Source: an uncultured Clostridia bacterium (GTDB taxonomy: Bacteria > Bacillota > Clostridia > Oscillospirales > Ruminococcaceae). Taken from it: DNA of 64,000 nucleotides. Location: contig CALCUE010000026.1 in NCBI GenBank assembly GCA_937906945.1, forward strand, positions 59,759 through 123,758, written 5' to 3'. This document shows positions 27,556-37,034 of this stretch, piece by piece. How positions within the stretch are numbered: the stretch's first letter is position 1; every line of letters starts with the position of its first letter. Position numbers and translations under genes: made by a program. The notes under the pieces were generated by a model. It saw only the letters and a program-made list of their open reading frames with translations, searched no databases and had not been told where the DNA came from.

Positions 27556-28236
27556 ATGAAAGAAAAATCCGCGCCGATTAAAAAACTGTTTTTCTGTGTT
27601 TTCTTTTTTGTTTTGCTTTCGGGGATTATTATATTAATTTTTCCAAAATACATCGAAACCATGAAAAAAGGAGTTATCAGCAGGGAAGAATGGGAAGAAA
27701 AAGTTGAAAAAATGACGCCATGGGAGGACTTGATGGAATTTTTTCAGAGTACACGAGATAACGTGTTGATTTGGTGGCGAAAGATGGAAAGTGGCATTGG
27801 GGAAAACGAAAAAACGGGAAAAATCCTTCCGTTCCTGGTGACTTGCGATGCCTGTTTGCCGTGCGCCGCTCAAACGATCACTTCTGATTTTGGAAAAAGA
27901 ACGAATCCGATCAGCTTTCAGGAGGAATATCATAAGGGCATTGATCTGGCAGCTGCGGAGGGACAGGAAATATACGCCGGATGGCCTGGAGTAATCAAAG
28001 AATGTGGGTTTGACGAAATCTATGGTAACTATATCATTATTACTCATTCGGACGGCTTTGAATCCAAATATGCGCATCTTTCCCACACGGACCGGAAAGA
28101 AGGAGATTTTGTACAGGCGGGAGAGAAAATCGGGGAAGCGGGGAAAACCGGTTGGGCGACCGGTAGCCACCTCCATTTTGAGGTGATGATTCAAGGACGG
28201 AATCTTGATCCTAAGGAGTATCTTCCGCTTTGCTGA
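27556..28236 (+). CDS. Membrane-anchored M23 (LytM-type) metallopeptidase, SpoIVFA-like by position
   Basis: AAGGAGAG RBS; MKEKSAPIKKLFFCVFFFVLLSGIIILIF TM; intact HKGIDL (HxxxD) and GSHLHFEV (HxH) zinc motifs. The ORF extension back to 27151 overlaps the upstream gene and its terminator, so I discard it. Confidence 0.85.
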   Translation: MKEKSAPIKKLFFCVFFFVLLSGIIILIFPKYIETMKKGVISREEWEEKVEKMTPWEDLMEFFQSTRDNVLIWWRKMESGIGENEKTGKILPFLVTCDACLPCAAQTITSDFGKRTNPISFQEEYHKGIDLAAAEGQEIYAGWPGVIKECGFDEIYGNYIIITHSDGFESKYAHLSHTDRKEGDFVQAGEKIGEAGKTGWATGSHLHFEVMIQGRNLDPKEYLPLC

Positions 28237-28775
28237 ATTTTATCGTGCTCAAAACAAGGGTGGAAATTTCGCCCGTGCTTTTTGCCGTGCTCACGTTGTT
28301 CCTTCTTGCGGATCGAAATGGGATAGCTTTACCGGTCCTTGTGTTTTCCTGTTTACATGAGGCGGCTCATTTTCTGGTTTTGCTTTGGGAAAAAACGCCA
28401 CCTTTGTCCGTTTCTTTGAGGATAACAGGAATTCGGATGGAACTTTCGGATCAAATGGAAACGGGGGACAAGGTAAAAGTCCTGATAGCGGGTTTCAGTT
28501 TGAATTTTATCCTTTCGGCGCTTTTCTGTTTTTTAGGGAAAAGGGCGTGGAGCGTGATCAACTTATGTTTAGGATGCTTTACGTCGCTTCCTCTTCCGTC
28601 AACAGATGGAGGAGCGGTGCTCAAACTGCTTTTTCCACTTTCCATCAGCCGACGGGTCGGAAAAACAAGCGGTGTAGTTTTTCTTTTTTTCCTACTGTTT
28701 CTGTTATGGAAAACGAAAAATGTCTCGCTTTTCCTTCCAGTTTTTTATCTGTTTTTTGCCCTATTGTCCTATTGA
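28230..28775 (+). CDS. Site-2 protease (peptidase M50), SpoIVFB-like but lacking the C-terminal CBS domain
   Basis: 181 aa, all membrane-embedded. HEAAH (HExxH) in TM2 and LPLPSTDGGAVLKLLF (the LxPxxPLDGG-type second motif). Collinear by eye with residues 1 to about 170 of B. subtilis SpoIVFB. Overlaps the M23 gene stop by 7 nt. Confidence 0.75.
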   Translation: MLNFIVLKTRVEISPVLFAVLTLFLLADRNGIALPVLVFSCLHEAAHFLVLLWEKTPPLSVSLRITGIRMELSDQMETGDKVKVLIAGFSLNFILSALFCFLGKRAWSVINLCLGCFTSLPLPSTDGGAVLKLLFPLSISRRVGKTSGVVFLFFLLFLLWKTKNVSLFLPVFYLFFALLSY

Positions 28776-28828
28776 AATAGAGCCTCCTTTTATGATATAA
28801 TAATCTAATTATGAGAGGGGGAATTGTT

Positions 28829-30664
28829 TTGCCAACTATTCCTGAAAAACTATTCGGACTGGTTCAGAAACCGGCCAGATATTCCGGTGGAGAACTGAAT
28901 AGTGTTATCAAAAATAAAGAGGACGTTAAAGTGCGCTTTGCGTTCTGTTTCCCGGATCTTTATGAAGTCGGTATGAGTCATCTCGGCATGAAGATCCTTT
29001 ACAGTTTGTTGAATAAAGATCCGGAAGTCTGGTGCGAGCGTGTTTTCGCTCCGGATCTGGACATGGAAAAGCTCCTTCGGGAAAACGGTCTTCCGCTATT
29101 TGCGTTGGAAAGTCGGGATTCCGTCGGCGATTTCGATATGATCGGCTTTACTTTGCAGTATGAGTTGTCCTATACCGGAATTCTCAATATGCTGAATCTT
29201 GCCGGTGTTCCTATTCGTCGCGAGGATCGCCACGAGCTTAAAAATTTGGTTGTGGCGGGTGGACCTTGTTCCTGCAACCCAGAGCCTATCGCCGATTTTA
29301 TTGATCTTTTTATGCCCGGTGAAGGGGAAGAAGTCCTTCCGGAAGTAGTGGCGCTTTATAAAACGGCGAAGGACGAGGGTTGGAGCAAGGAGAAATATTT
29401 GGAGGAAGCGGCCCGGATTCCCGGCGTTTATGTGCCATCTTTGATCGATGTCATTTACAATGAGGATGGTACGGTTCAGAAATTTGTTCCTAAAAAAACG
29501 GCGGCGCTTCCGGTTCAAAAAAGGATCATTAAAGATTTGGATAAGGTCTTTTATCCGGATACCTTTGTTGTTCCGTTTATCGATATCGTTCATGACCGCA
29601 GTATGCTGGAATTGATGCGCGGCTGTATTCGCGGCTGTCGGTTCTGTCAGGCTGGTTTTATTTATCGTCCGGTTCGGGACAAGCACTTTGATACGCTCTC
29701 CCGCGATGCTCACCGCCTTTGTGACAGCACTGGGTATGAGGAACTATCTTTAACATCGTTGAGCACCAGTGACTATCGGGAACTGGAACCGCTTTTGGAC
29801 GATCTTTTGGAATGGACACCGAAAGAGCACGTCAATCTGGCGGTGCCATCCCTCCGGGTGGATAATTTCAGCGAAAGCCTGCTTCAGAAAATTTCCAAAG
29901 TAAGAAAGACAGGCCTTACGTTCGCGCCGGAAGCAGGAACCCAAAGAATGCGTGACGTTATTAACAAAAATGTGACGGAGGAAGAATTGATCCAGACCTG
30001 CACGACCGCCTTTGAAGGCGGCTATACGGCGGTTAAATTATATTTTATGATCGGTCTTCCTACAGAGACGGACGATGATGTCCGGGGCATTGTCGAGACG
30101 GCGCAGCGTGTGGTTGATCTGTATTATCATCTTCCCAATAAGCCGAAAGGGAAAGCGGTCCAGGTCACTTGCAGTGTGGCGAGCTTTGTTCCAAAACCAT
30201 TTACCCCGTTTGAGTTCGAGCCACAGGATAGCAGGGAAGAGCTTCACCGGAAGCAGGAAGTCATGCGTTCCGCTTTACATAGCCGTAAGATCAATCTGGA
30301 TTGGCACAACGCGGAAACTTCTTACCTTGAGGCGGTGCTGGCTCGGGGAGATCGCCGTGTGGGAAAAGTGATCGAAACAGCCTGGAAAAATGGTTGTAAC
30401 TTTGATAGTTGGGATGAGCATTTCCATTTTGACCGCTGGATGAAGGCCTTTGAGGAGTGTGGCGTTGATCCGGATTTCTACGCTCTTCGTACCAGAAGTT
30501 ATGAGGAAATCATGCCTTGGGAAATCTTTGACTATGGTGTTTCTAAAAAGTTCCTGATCCATGAGAACGAAAAGGCCCATTCGGGCGTTACTACGCCGAA
30601 CTGCCGACAGAAATGTTCCGGCTGCGGAGCCAACTGTTTGAAAGGGGGCGCCTGCTTTGAATGA
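28829..30664 (+). CDS. Radical SAM protein of the uncharacterised TIGR03960-like family (B12-binding-like N-domain)
   Basis: CIRGCRFCQAG (CX3CX2C) around 29624-29647; Cys-rich C-terminus NCRQKCSGCGANCLKGGAC. I prefer the TTG at 28829 (GAGGGGG RBS); the ATG at 28811 has no RBS. Confidence 0.85.
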   Translation: MPTIPEKLFGLVQKPARYSGGELNSVIKNKEDVKVRFAFCFPDLYEVGMSHLGMKILYSLLNKDPEVWCERVFAPDLDMEKLLRENGLPLFALESRDSVGDFDMIGFTLQYELSYTGILNMLNLAGVPIRREDRHELKNLVVAGGPCSCNPEPIADFIDLFMPGEGEEVLPEVVALYKTAKDEGWSKEKYLEEAARIPGVYVPSLIDVIYNEDGTVQKFVPKKTAALPVQKRIIKDLDKVFYPDTFVVPFIDIVHDRSMLELMRGCIRGCRFCQAGFIYRPVRDKHFDTLSRDAHRLCDSTGYEELSLTSLSTSDYRELEPLLDDLLEWTPKEHVNLAVPSLRVDNFSESLLQKISKVRKTGLTFAPEAGTQRMRDVINKNVTEEELIQTCTTAFEGGYTAVKLYFMIGLPTETDDDVRGIVETAQRVVDLYYHLPNKPKGKAVQVTCSVASFVPKPFTPFEFEPQDSREELHRKQEVMRSALHSRKINLDWHNAETSYLEAVLARGDRRVGKVIETAWKNGCNFDSWDEHFHFDRWMKAFEECGVDPDFYALRTRSYEEIMPWEIFDYGVSKKFLIHENEKAHSGVTTPNCRQKCSGCGANCLKGGACFE

Positions 30665-30665
30665 G

Positions 30666-31331
30666 ATGATTGATTTTACCGACGTGCGCCTTTTTTATAC
30701 CAAAACAGGCACCGCGAAATATATTTCTCACTTGGACGTGATGCGTGCCTTCCAGAGGGCACTGAAACGCTCCAAAATTGATTTCTGGTACACGGAGGGA
30801 TTCCATCCCCATCTTTATCTGACCTTTGCGTTGCCGCTTTCTCTTGGCTATGAAAGCGTTGCCGAGTCCGTGGATTTTCGGTTGGTGACGCCGCTTCCGT
30901 ATGAGGAGATCGTCAACCGCATCAATGCGGTTCTTCCCATGGGATTTAAGGCCATCGGCGCCGGAAAACCCAAAATGGACGCCAAACAGATCCGTTTCGC
31001 GGATTATGAGATATTCTTTGCCGTAAACGACGATCCGAAAATGGTCAAAAAGGATTGGAACGATTGCTTTTCGAGGGAACATATCGTGGTCACAAAAAAG
31101 ACCAAACATGGCGAGAGTGAATTGGATATTAGATCCCATGTCGAACTTTCTGAACTGAAAGAAAAAGAAGGGCGCTTTTGTTTTACGGCAAGACTTGCCG
31201 CCGGGACGGAACTGAATATCAATCCGGAATTGCTCTTTGCGGCGTTTTTGGATTTTTCCGGGATGAAATGTGAGGACATTTCGGTGACAAGAATGGCGGT
31301 TTATAATGAAAAAATGGAAAAATTCCGCTGA
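30666..31331 (+). CDS. DUF2344/TIGR03936-like protein (usual partner or fusion of the preceding radical SAM protein)
   Basis: MIDFTDVRLFYTKTGTAKYISHLDVMRAFQRALKRS.... It starts 2 nt after the upstream stop. The family call is from memory. Confidence 0.75.
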   Translation: MIDFTDVRLFYTKTGTAKYISHLDVMRAFQRALKRSKIDFWYTEGFHPHLYLTFALPLSLGYESVAESVDFRLVTPLPYEEIVNRINAVLPMGFKAIGAGKPKMDAKQIRFADYEIFFAVNDDPKMVKKDWNDCFSREHIVVTKKTKHGESELDIRSHVELSELKEKEGRFCFTARLAAGTELNINPELLFAAFLDFSGMKCEDISVTRMAVYNEKMEKFR

Positions 31332-31347
31332 TTTTATAAAATAATAC

Positions 31348-31376
31348 TTGCATTTTGAAAAGGTGTATGCTATTAT
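31348..31376 (+). promoter_or_regulatory. Sigma-A type promoter of rplS
   Basis: TTGCAT, 17 nt, TATTAT. Confidence 0.55.
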
Positions 31377-31379
31377 TAT

Positions 31380-31517
31380 ATAGCTATTTGTATGCTCAAA
31401 TAGTTCTGTCGCTTTTTCCGGCGACGGGAACGGCTTTTAGCCGGGCGGACAGTCCTCTGTCATCGGAGTGAATCCGAGAGTATGAATGTCTGAAAAATAA
31501 GAAGGAGGATATTTCAA
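31380..31517 (+). promoter_or_regulatory. Possible L19 leader (structured 5' UTR of rplS)
   Basis: About 135-nt UTR with hairpins (gtcgc...gcgac; ggacagtcctctgtc). Firmicutes are known to carry an L19 leader here. No covariance model was run. Confidence 0.3.
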
Positions 31518-31859
31518 ATGGATGCACTGAAACTGATTGCTCAGGATTGCCTGAGAGAAGACAAACCCGAGGTTGCTATCGGCGATACCGTTAAGGTATA
31601 TTGCAAGATCAAAGAGGGCGACCACTACAGAACCCAGATTTTCGAGGGTGCCGTTATTGCTAAACAGCATGGCGGAATTTCCGAGTCCTTTACCGTTCGC
31701 CGCGTTGCTCATGGTTGCGGTATTGAAAGAGTTTTCCCGATCCACAGCCCGCTGATCGAAAAAGTTGAACTTGTTCGTCATGGTCGTGTCAGAAGAGCGA
31801 AACTCTATTATCTCCGTGACAGAGTTGGTAAAGCTGCTAAGGTCAAACAAGTCAGATAA
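31518..31859 (+). CDS. rplS: 50S ribosomal protein L19
   Basis: ...[56 protein letters not shown]... Confidence 0.96.
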   Translation: MDALKLIAQDCLREDKPEVAIGDTVKVYCKIKEGDHYRTQIFEGAVIAKQHGGISESFTVRRVAHGCGIERVFPIHSPLIEKVELVRHGRVRRAKLYYLRDRVGKAAKVKQVR

Positions 31860-31871
31860 TTTTAGGGCTTC

Positions 31872-31912
31872 AAAAAATCTCCCTCGTCAATGGACGGGGG
31901 AGTATTTCTTTA
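31872..31912 (+). terminator. Intrinsic terminator after rplS
   Basis: ctccctcgtc-aatg-gacgggggag (one mismatch) followed by a T-rich run. Confidence 0.65.
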
Positions 31913-31966
31913 TTATCAAAAATGTTGTATAATAGCAGTGGAATATAAAAAGGAGGGATTTCTTCC

Positions 31967-32839
31967 ATGGAAGCAGTGGATATTCAGTGGTTTCCCGGCC
32001 ATATGGCCAAGACGAGAAGGCTGATGAAAGATAATTTGTCTTTGGTGGATGTTGTCGTGGAAATCACCGATGCCCGGGTTCCGCTCTCCAGCCGAAATCC
32101 GGAAATGAAAAATCTTGTCGGGAGAAAACCGCGCGTTGTTGTTCTTAACAAATGTGATATGGCGGATGAAGAACTGACCGAGGAGTGGATCGACTATTAT
32201 CGAGCCAACGGAATTCCGGCCATCGCGACGGATTGCCGTTCCGGACGCGGTCTCAACAAGTTAACTCCAGTGGTCAGAGAAGTTCTGAAAGCGGAACTGG
32301 AGCGCCGTGCCAACAAGGGGATGGAAGGAAAACCAATCCGAATGATGGTCGTCGGAATTCCCAACGTCGGGAAATCGTCGCTGATCAATCGTATTGCCGG
32401 TGGAAAACGGGCGAAGGTCGAAGACCGTCCCGGTGTTACCCGGGGGAAACAATGGGTGACGCTGGAAAATGGGATCGATATGCTGGATATGCCCGGCGTA
32501 CTCTGGCCGAAATTTGAGGATAAAACCGTCGGGGAACACCTGGCGTTTACCGGTGCCGTGAAAGACGATATTTTAGATATTGAACTTTTGGCGATGCGCC
32601 TGGCCGATCTTTTGAATCGGGACTATCATAAGCTTCTTTGCGAGCGGTACAAATTGACGGATGAGGAGACGGAAAATATCGAGCCTTTTGAGCTTTTGGA
32701 ATTGATTGGGGCCAAGCGAGGAATGAAAATTTCCGGAGGAGAAGTTAACATTGAACGAGCCGCCATTATGCTTTTAGACGAGTTTCGTGGCGGAAAAATC
32801 GGAAGAATTACGTTGGAGAAGCCAAATGAGCTTATATGA
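31967..32839 (+). CDS. rbgA: Ribosome biogenesis GTPase A (YlqF/RbgA)
   Basis: IQWFPGHMAK, circularly permuted GTPase motifs NKCDM ... GIPNVGKSSLIN ... DMPG. Confidence 0.93.
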   Translation: MEAVDIQWFPGHMAKTRRLMKDNLSLVDVVVEITDARVPLSSRNPEMKNLVGRKPRVVVLNKCDMADEELTEEWIDYYRANGIPAIATDCRSGRGLNKLTPVVREVLKAELERRANKGMEGKPIRMMVVGIPNVGKSSLINRIAGGKRAKVEDRPGVTRGKQWVTLENGIDMLDMPGVLWPKFEDKTVGEHLAFTGAVKDDILDIELLAMRLADLLNRDYHKLLCERYKLTDEETENIEPFELLELIGAKRGMKISGGEVNIERAAIMLLDEFRGGKIGRITLEKPNELI

Positions 32840-33422
32840 GTTTGAAAAAAAGAAAACGGCGGATGGGTGTGGATTGATCTGCGGTGTGGATGAAGCCGGA
32901 AGGGGTCCTTTGGCCGGACCAGTTTTCGCCGCGGCCGTTATTTTACCGTTGGATTATGAAATTGAGGGGATCAACGACAGCAAAAAGCTTTCAGAAAAGA
33001 AAAGAGAGAAGCTTTTTGACGAGATCATTGAGCATGCCATCGCTTATTCCATTCAAAGTTGTGATCAAAAAGTTATTGATGAGATCAATATTCTGCAGGC
33101 GACTATGCTCGCCATGAAGACGGCGGTGGAAGATCTTTCCGTCCGTCCGGATATGGTTTTCGTGGATGGAAACCGTTTGCCGAAATGGGATATACCGTCG
33201 GAATGTGTAATAAAAGGGGACGCCACTTCCGCCAATATCGCGGCGGCTTCCATTTTGGCGAAAGTCAGTCGTGACCGGTTTATGATGGAAATGGATAAAG
33301 AATATCCGGAATACGGATTCGCCAAACATAAAGGCTATCCGACCAAACTGCATTATGAAAAAATCAGGGAATTCGGTCCCAGTAAAATTCACCGAATGAC
33401 TTTTTTGAAAAAAATGCATTGA
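32826..33422 (+). CDS. rnhB: Ribonuclease HII
   Basis: ICGVDEAGRGPLAGPVFAAAVIL, DSKKLSEKKRE, VDGN, ASILAKVSRD, KGYPT. The ATG at 32826 overlaps the rbgA 3' end. Confidence 0.93.
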   Translation: MSLYEFEKKKTADGCGLICGVDEAGRGPLAGPVFAAAVILPLDYEIEGINDSKKLSEKKREKLFDEIIEHAIAYSIQSCDQKVIDEINILQATMLAMKTAVEDLSVRPDMVFVDGNRLPKWDIPSECVIKGDATSANIAAASILAKVSRDRFMMEMDKEYPEYGFAKHKGYPTKLHYEKIREFGPSKIHRMTFLKKMH

Positions 33423-33432
33423 AGGTGAGAAC

Positions 33433-33822
33433 GTGATTACCGAACAGCGCCGCCGAGGAAATATGGGCGAGGACTTCGCCGTTGATTATCTTCAAAAAGC
33501 GGGCTATACCATTCTGGAGCGAAACTATACCACCAAATATGGGGAAATTGATATTATCGCGAAAAAAGATCGCTATATCGCTTTTGTGGAAGTAAAAGCC
33601 CGCGCGGATGACTGTTTATACGCGCCGAGAGAGGCGGTCACGTTTTCTAAGCAGAGAAAAATCTGTAAAGCGGCAATGCTTTACAAGATGAAAAAGGGCT
33701 TTACTGGGCAACCTCGCTTTGATATATTTGAAATCATTTATGGAAAACAGAATCTTGAAATCCAAAAATATACCTATATAGAAAACGCGTTCGGAACGGA
33801 GGCTGTACATGGATTTTTTTGA
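33433..33822 (+). CDS. yraN: YraN family (UPF0102) endonuclease-like protein
   Basis: GEDFAVDYLQKAGYTILERNY.TKYGEIDIIAKKDRYIAFVEVKAR. GTG start after GAAGGTGAG. Confidence 0.85.
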   Translation: MITEQRRRGNMGEDFAVDYLQKAGYTILERNYTTKYGEIDIIAKKDRYIAFVEVKARADDCLYAPREAVTFSKQRKICKAAMLYKMKKGFTGQPRFDIFEIIYGKQNLEIQKYTYIENAFGTEAVHGFF

Positions 33823-34738
33823 CTTGCATTGTGATACCACAACATACGCGATGAGAAAAGAACGGGATTTTACGGATGAAAGGCTTGCCATTCATTTTCC
33901 TGTTCCGTCGGAACTTTGCCGTCATACCCAATGTTTCGCTATTTTTACTCCGGATTCTTATCGGGGATCAAGCGCCGTTGAGTATTATGAAAAAGCGTTG
34001 CGTTATTTTCAAAAACAGCTGGTAAAATGTCCGGATTATCTGGAACAGGTACGGGAATTCAAGGATATCGACCGTCTGACCAATGAAGGAAAAACAGCCG
34101 CTATTCTTACCGTGGAGGGTGGTTGCGTAATCAACGGAAGCTTGGAGCGTCTTCATAAAATCCAGAACGACGGCGTAAAAATGATGACACTGACGTGGAA
34201 CGGAGAAAATGAGATCGGTTTTGGCGCTCCGACGCCGGAAAAAGGATTAAAACCTTTTGGTTTGGACACCATTAAAGAAATGGAACGGATCGGCATGACC
34301 ATTGATATTGCCCATCTTTCGGATAAAGGAATTGAGGACGTGTTTCAGACGGTGGGCGGCGCTATTGTTTCCAGTCACAGCAATCTGCGTTCCTGCTGTG
34401 AGCATCAGCGCAATCTGACAGAAGAGCAGTTTAAGGAAATCGTTCACCGCAAAGGTTTGGTTGGAATCAATTTTTATAAAGCTTTCCTCAACGAAGAGGA
34501 AGAGAAGGCGACATTGGACGACGTGGTGAGACATATCGAACGGATGTTAGAGCTCGGTGGAGAAGACACGATCTGCATGGGCAGCGATTATGACGGCTGC
34601 GACGTTGTAGATGGAATCACGATGCTGAACGATATCGGAAATCTGTATCGGAAATTGCGGGAGAGTGGTTTTTCCGAAACATTGCTCGCTAAAATTTTCT
34701 GGGGCAACGCCTACCGCTTTTTTGGCAGTCGAATTTGA
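33809..34738 (+). CDS. Membrane dipeptidase (peptidase M19 family)
   Basis: FFDLHCDT start, LTWNGENE, IDIAHLSDKG, SSHSN, GSDYDG. Confidence 0.85.
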   Translation: MDFFDLHCDTTTYAMRKERDFTDERLAIHFPVPSELCRHTQCFAIFTPDSYRGSSAVEYYEKALRYFQKQLVKCPDYLEQVREFKDIDRLTNEGKTAAILTVEGGCVINGSLERLHKIQNDGVKMMTLTWNGENEIGFGAPTPEKGLKPFGLDTIKEMERIGMTIDIAHLSDKGIEDVFQTVGGAIVSSHSNLRSCCEHQRNLTEEQFKEIVHRKGLVGINFYKAFLNEEEEKATLDDVVRHIERMLELGGEDTICMGSDYDGCDVVDGITMLNDIGNLYRKLRESGFSETLLAKIFWGNAYRFFGSRI

Positions 34739-34746
34739 GGTAACGT

Positions 34747-36240
34747 ATGGATTATCAAAGCACAAGAAACAAAAATTACTTGGTGAAGCCGTCGGAGACG
34801 ATCATCCGGGGTCTTTCGGAAGATGGAGGACTTTTTGTTCCGAAAACCGTACCGCTTTTGAGCAGGGACGAAATCAAGAATTTGGCTTCCATGGATTATT
34901 GCCAAAGGGCCGATTATATCCTTCCGAAGTTTTTAACGGATTTTACGGAGGAAGAGATCGCCGATTGTACGCGAAAAGCCTATCTGGGTCATTTTGAAAA
35001 GGATATTCCCGCTCCGCTTACAAAACTGGGGGAAAATACCTACGTTCTGGAGCTTTGGCATGGTCCGACCTGTGCGTTCAAAGATATGGCGCTTCAGATT
35101 TTGCCACATTTTTTGGTAACAGCTGAAAAAAAGACGAATACAAAACAAAAAGCGGTTATTTTGACGGCAACGTCCGGTGATACCGGAAAGGCGGCTTTGG
35201 ACGGTTTCCACGATGTGGAAGGCACGCAAATTTTGGTTTTTTACCCCGAAAATGGGGTTAGTAAGATTCAAAAGCTCCAGATGCAGACACAGGAAGGAAA
35301 CAATGTCTCCGTTTTTGGAATTCGGGGAAATTTTGACGACACCCAGACAGCAGTCAAAAAAATTTTTACCGATGAGACCATCCGGGAGCGGATTTCCCAA
35401 AAAGGATTTCATTTTTCCAGCGCTAATTCGATCAACGTTGGCCGTTTGCTGCCACAAATTGTTTATTATATTTCCGCTTACGCGGATCTTTTGGCCGATG
35501 GAGAGATCGAGGAAAACGAGGCTGTCAATATCGCCGTTCCGACAGGGAATTTTGGCAATATTCTGGCGGCGTATTACGCGGGGAAGATGGGAATTCCGAT
35601 CAAAAAGCTGATCTGCGCTTCCAACACCAACCGGGTTCTTACGGATTTTTTTGAAAGCGGGATCTACGACCGGAACCGTGAATTCTATATGACGGAATCG
35701 CCATCCATGGATATTTTGATCTCCAGCAATCTGGAACGGCTTCTTTTCGAGCTGTCCGGAAAAGATGACAGTTTGATCCGAGAATGGATGTCTTCGCTTC
35801 AAAAGAATGGAAACTATCAGGTGACGCCGGAGATCAAGGAAAAAATGGATGCGCTGTTTTATGCTGGGTATTGCACAGACGAAATGGCGGAAATAACCAT
35901 TGGCCGCCTTTTTAAGGAGTATTCCTATTTGTGTGACCCGCATACGGCGGTCGCTATGAAGGTTTATGACGATTATCGGAATGGTAGCGGCGATTTGACA
36001 AAAACAATTGTCGCTTCCACAGCGAGCCCCTATAAATTTCCGAGCACGGTGCTCAAAGCCATTCAAGGGATAAACTTAAAAGATGAATTTTTCGCGGCGG
36101 AAGAACTGGAGCGGTGCTCAACTCTTCCGATGCCACCATCTCTTCGGGATCTCAAGAAAAAGGATATTCGTTTTTCCGGCTCTTTTGCCAAAGAGGAAAT
36201 GGAAAACCTCGTGAAAAACTGTCTGGGAGGTGAAAGCTGA
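34747..36240 (+). CDS. thrC: Threonine synthase (long form)
   Basis: YQSTR...GGLFVP, LELWHGPTCAFKDMALQ (PLP lysine), TSGDTGKAA, PTGNFGNILA. Confidence 0.93.
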   Translation: MDYQSTRNKNYLVKPSETIIRGLSEDGGLFVPKTVPLLSRDEIKNLASMDYCQRADYILPKFLTDFTEEEIADCTRKAYLGHFEKDIPAPLTKLGENTYVLELWHGPTCAFKDMALQILPHFLVTAEKKTNTKQKAVILTATSGDTGKAALDGFHDVEGTQILVFYPENGVSKIQKLQMQTQEGNNVSVFGIRGNFDDTQTAVKKIFTDETIRERISQKGFHFSSANSINVGRLLPQIVYYISAYADLLADGEIEENEAVNIAVPTGNFGNILAAYYAGKMGIPIKKLICASNTNRVLTDFFESGIYDRNREFYMTESPSMDILISSNLERLLFELSGKDDSLIREWMSSLQKNGNYQVTPEIKEKMDALFYAGYCTDEMAEITIGRLFKEYSYLCDPHTAVAMKVYDDYRNGSGDLTKTIVASTASPYKFPSTVLKAIQGINLKDEFFAAEELERCSTLPMPPSLRDLKKKDIRFSGSFAKEEMENLVKNCLGGES

Positions 36241-36929
36241 TGGCGATTTGGGCCATGGCGGACCTTCATCTCTCACTGGGTACTGATAAACCAATGGATG
36301 AGTTTCACGGATGGCGAAATTATGTGGAGCGCATAAGGGAAGACTGGATGGAAAATATCAAACCGGAAGATACCGTTGTGATTCCCGGTGATTTTTCCTG
36401 GGGTATTGACTTCAAAGAGGCGCTTTTGGATTTTCAGTTTATTGAGTCACTTCCCGGTCAGAAATACGTGATGAAAGGGAATCACGATTACTGGTGGACG
36501 ACCCGGACAAAAGCGGAAAAGTTTTTTGCCGAAAATGGATTAAAAACGATCCACATTCTCCATAATAATTCTGTGCTGTGCGAGGGAAAAGCCCTTTGCG
36601 GAACGAGAGGATGGGTCTTTATGCCTAACGAAGCCCATGATCTTAAGATATCGGCCAGGGAAGCTCTTCGGCTCGGTATGTCCTTGGAGGACGCGAACCG
36701 GTTTCCGGAGGCGGAAAAAATCGTTTTTCTCCACTATCCACCGGTTTATGCCAATGAAATGGTGCCTAATATCATGGATGTACTAAAAAAATATAATGTC
36801 AAACGGGTCTATTATGGGCATATTCATGGAGCGGCCAGAAATATGGCCAACGAGGGAGAATATATGGGAATTCAGTTCAAACTGATTTCCGCCGACCACC
36901 TTGGTTTCCATTTTTGGCGCGTTGATTAA
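36240..36929 (+). CDS. Metallophosphoesterase family protein
   Basis: MAIWAMADLHLS, VIPGDFSWG, GNHDYWW, GHIHG. TGATG overlap with thrC. Confidence 0.8.
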   Translation: MAIWAMADLHLSLGTDKPMDEFHGWRNYVERIREDWMENIKPEDTVVIPGDFSWGIDFKEALLDFQFIESLPGQKYVMKGNHDYWWTTRTKAEKFFAENGLKTIHILHNNSVLCEGKALCGTRGWVFMPNEAHDLKISAREALRLGMSLEDANRFPEAEKIVFLHYPPVYANEMVPNIMDVLKKYNVKRVYYGHIHGAARNMANEGEYMGIQFKLISADHLGFHFWRVD

Positions 36930-37034
36930 AGAAAAATATAAATTTATTATAAAATAATTAAAATTATACTGGTAATTTACAAAAGGCTATGTTATACTTA
37001 AAAAGTTGTAAAACATCTATCAGGAGGAAACATA

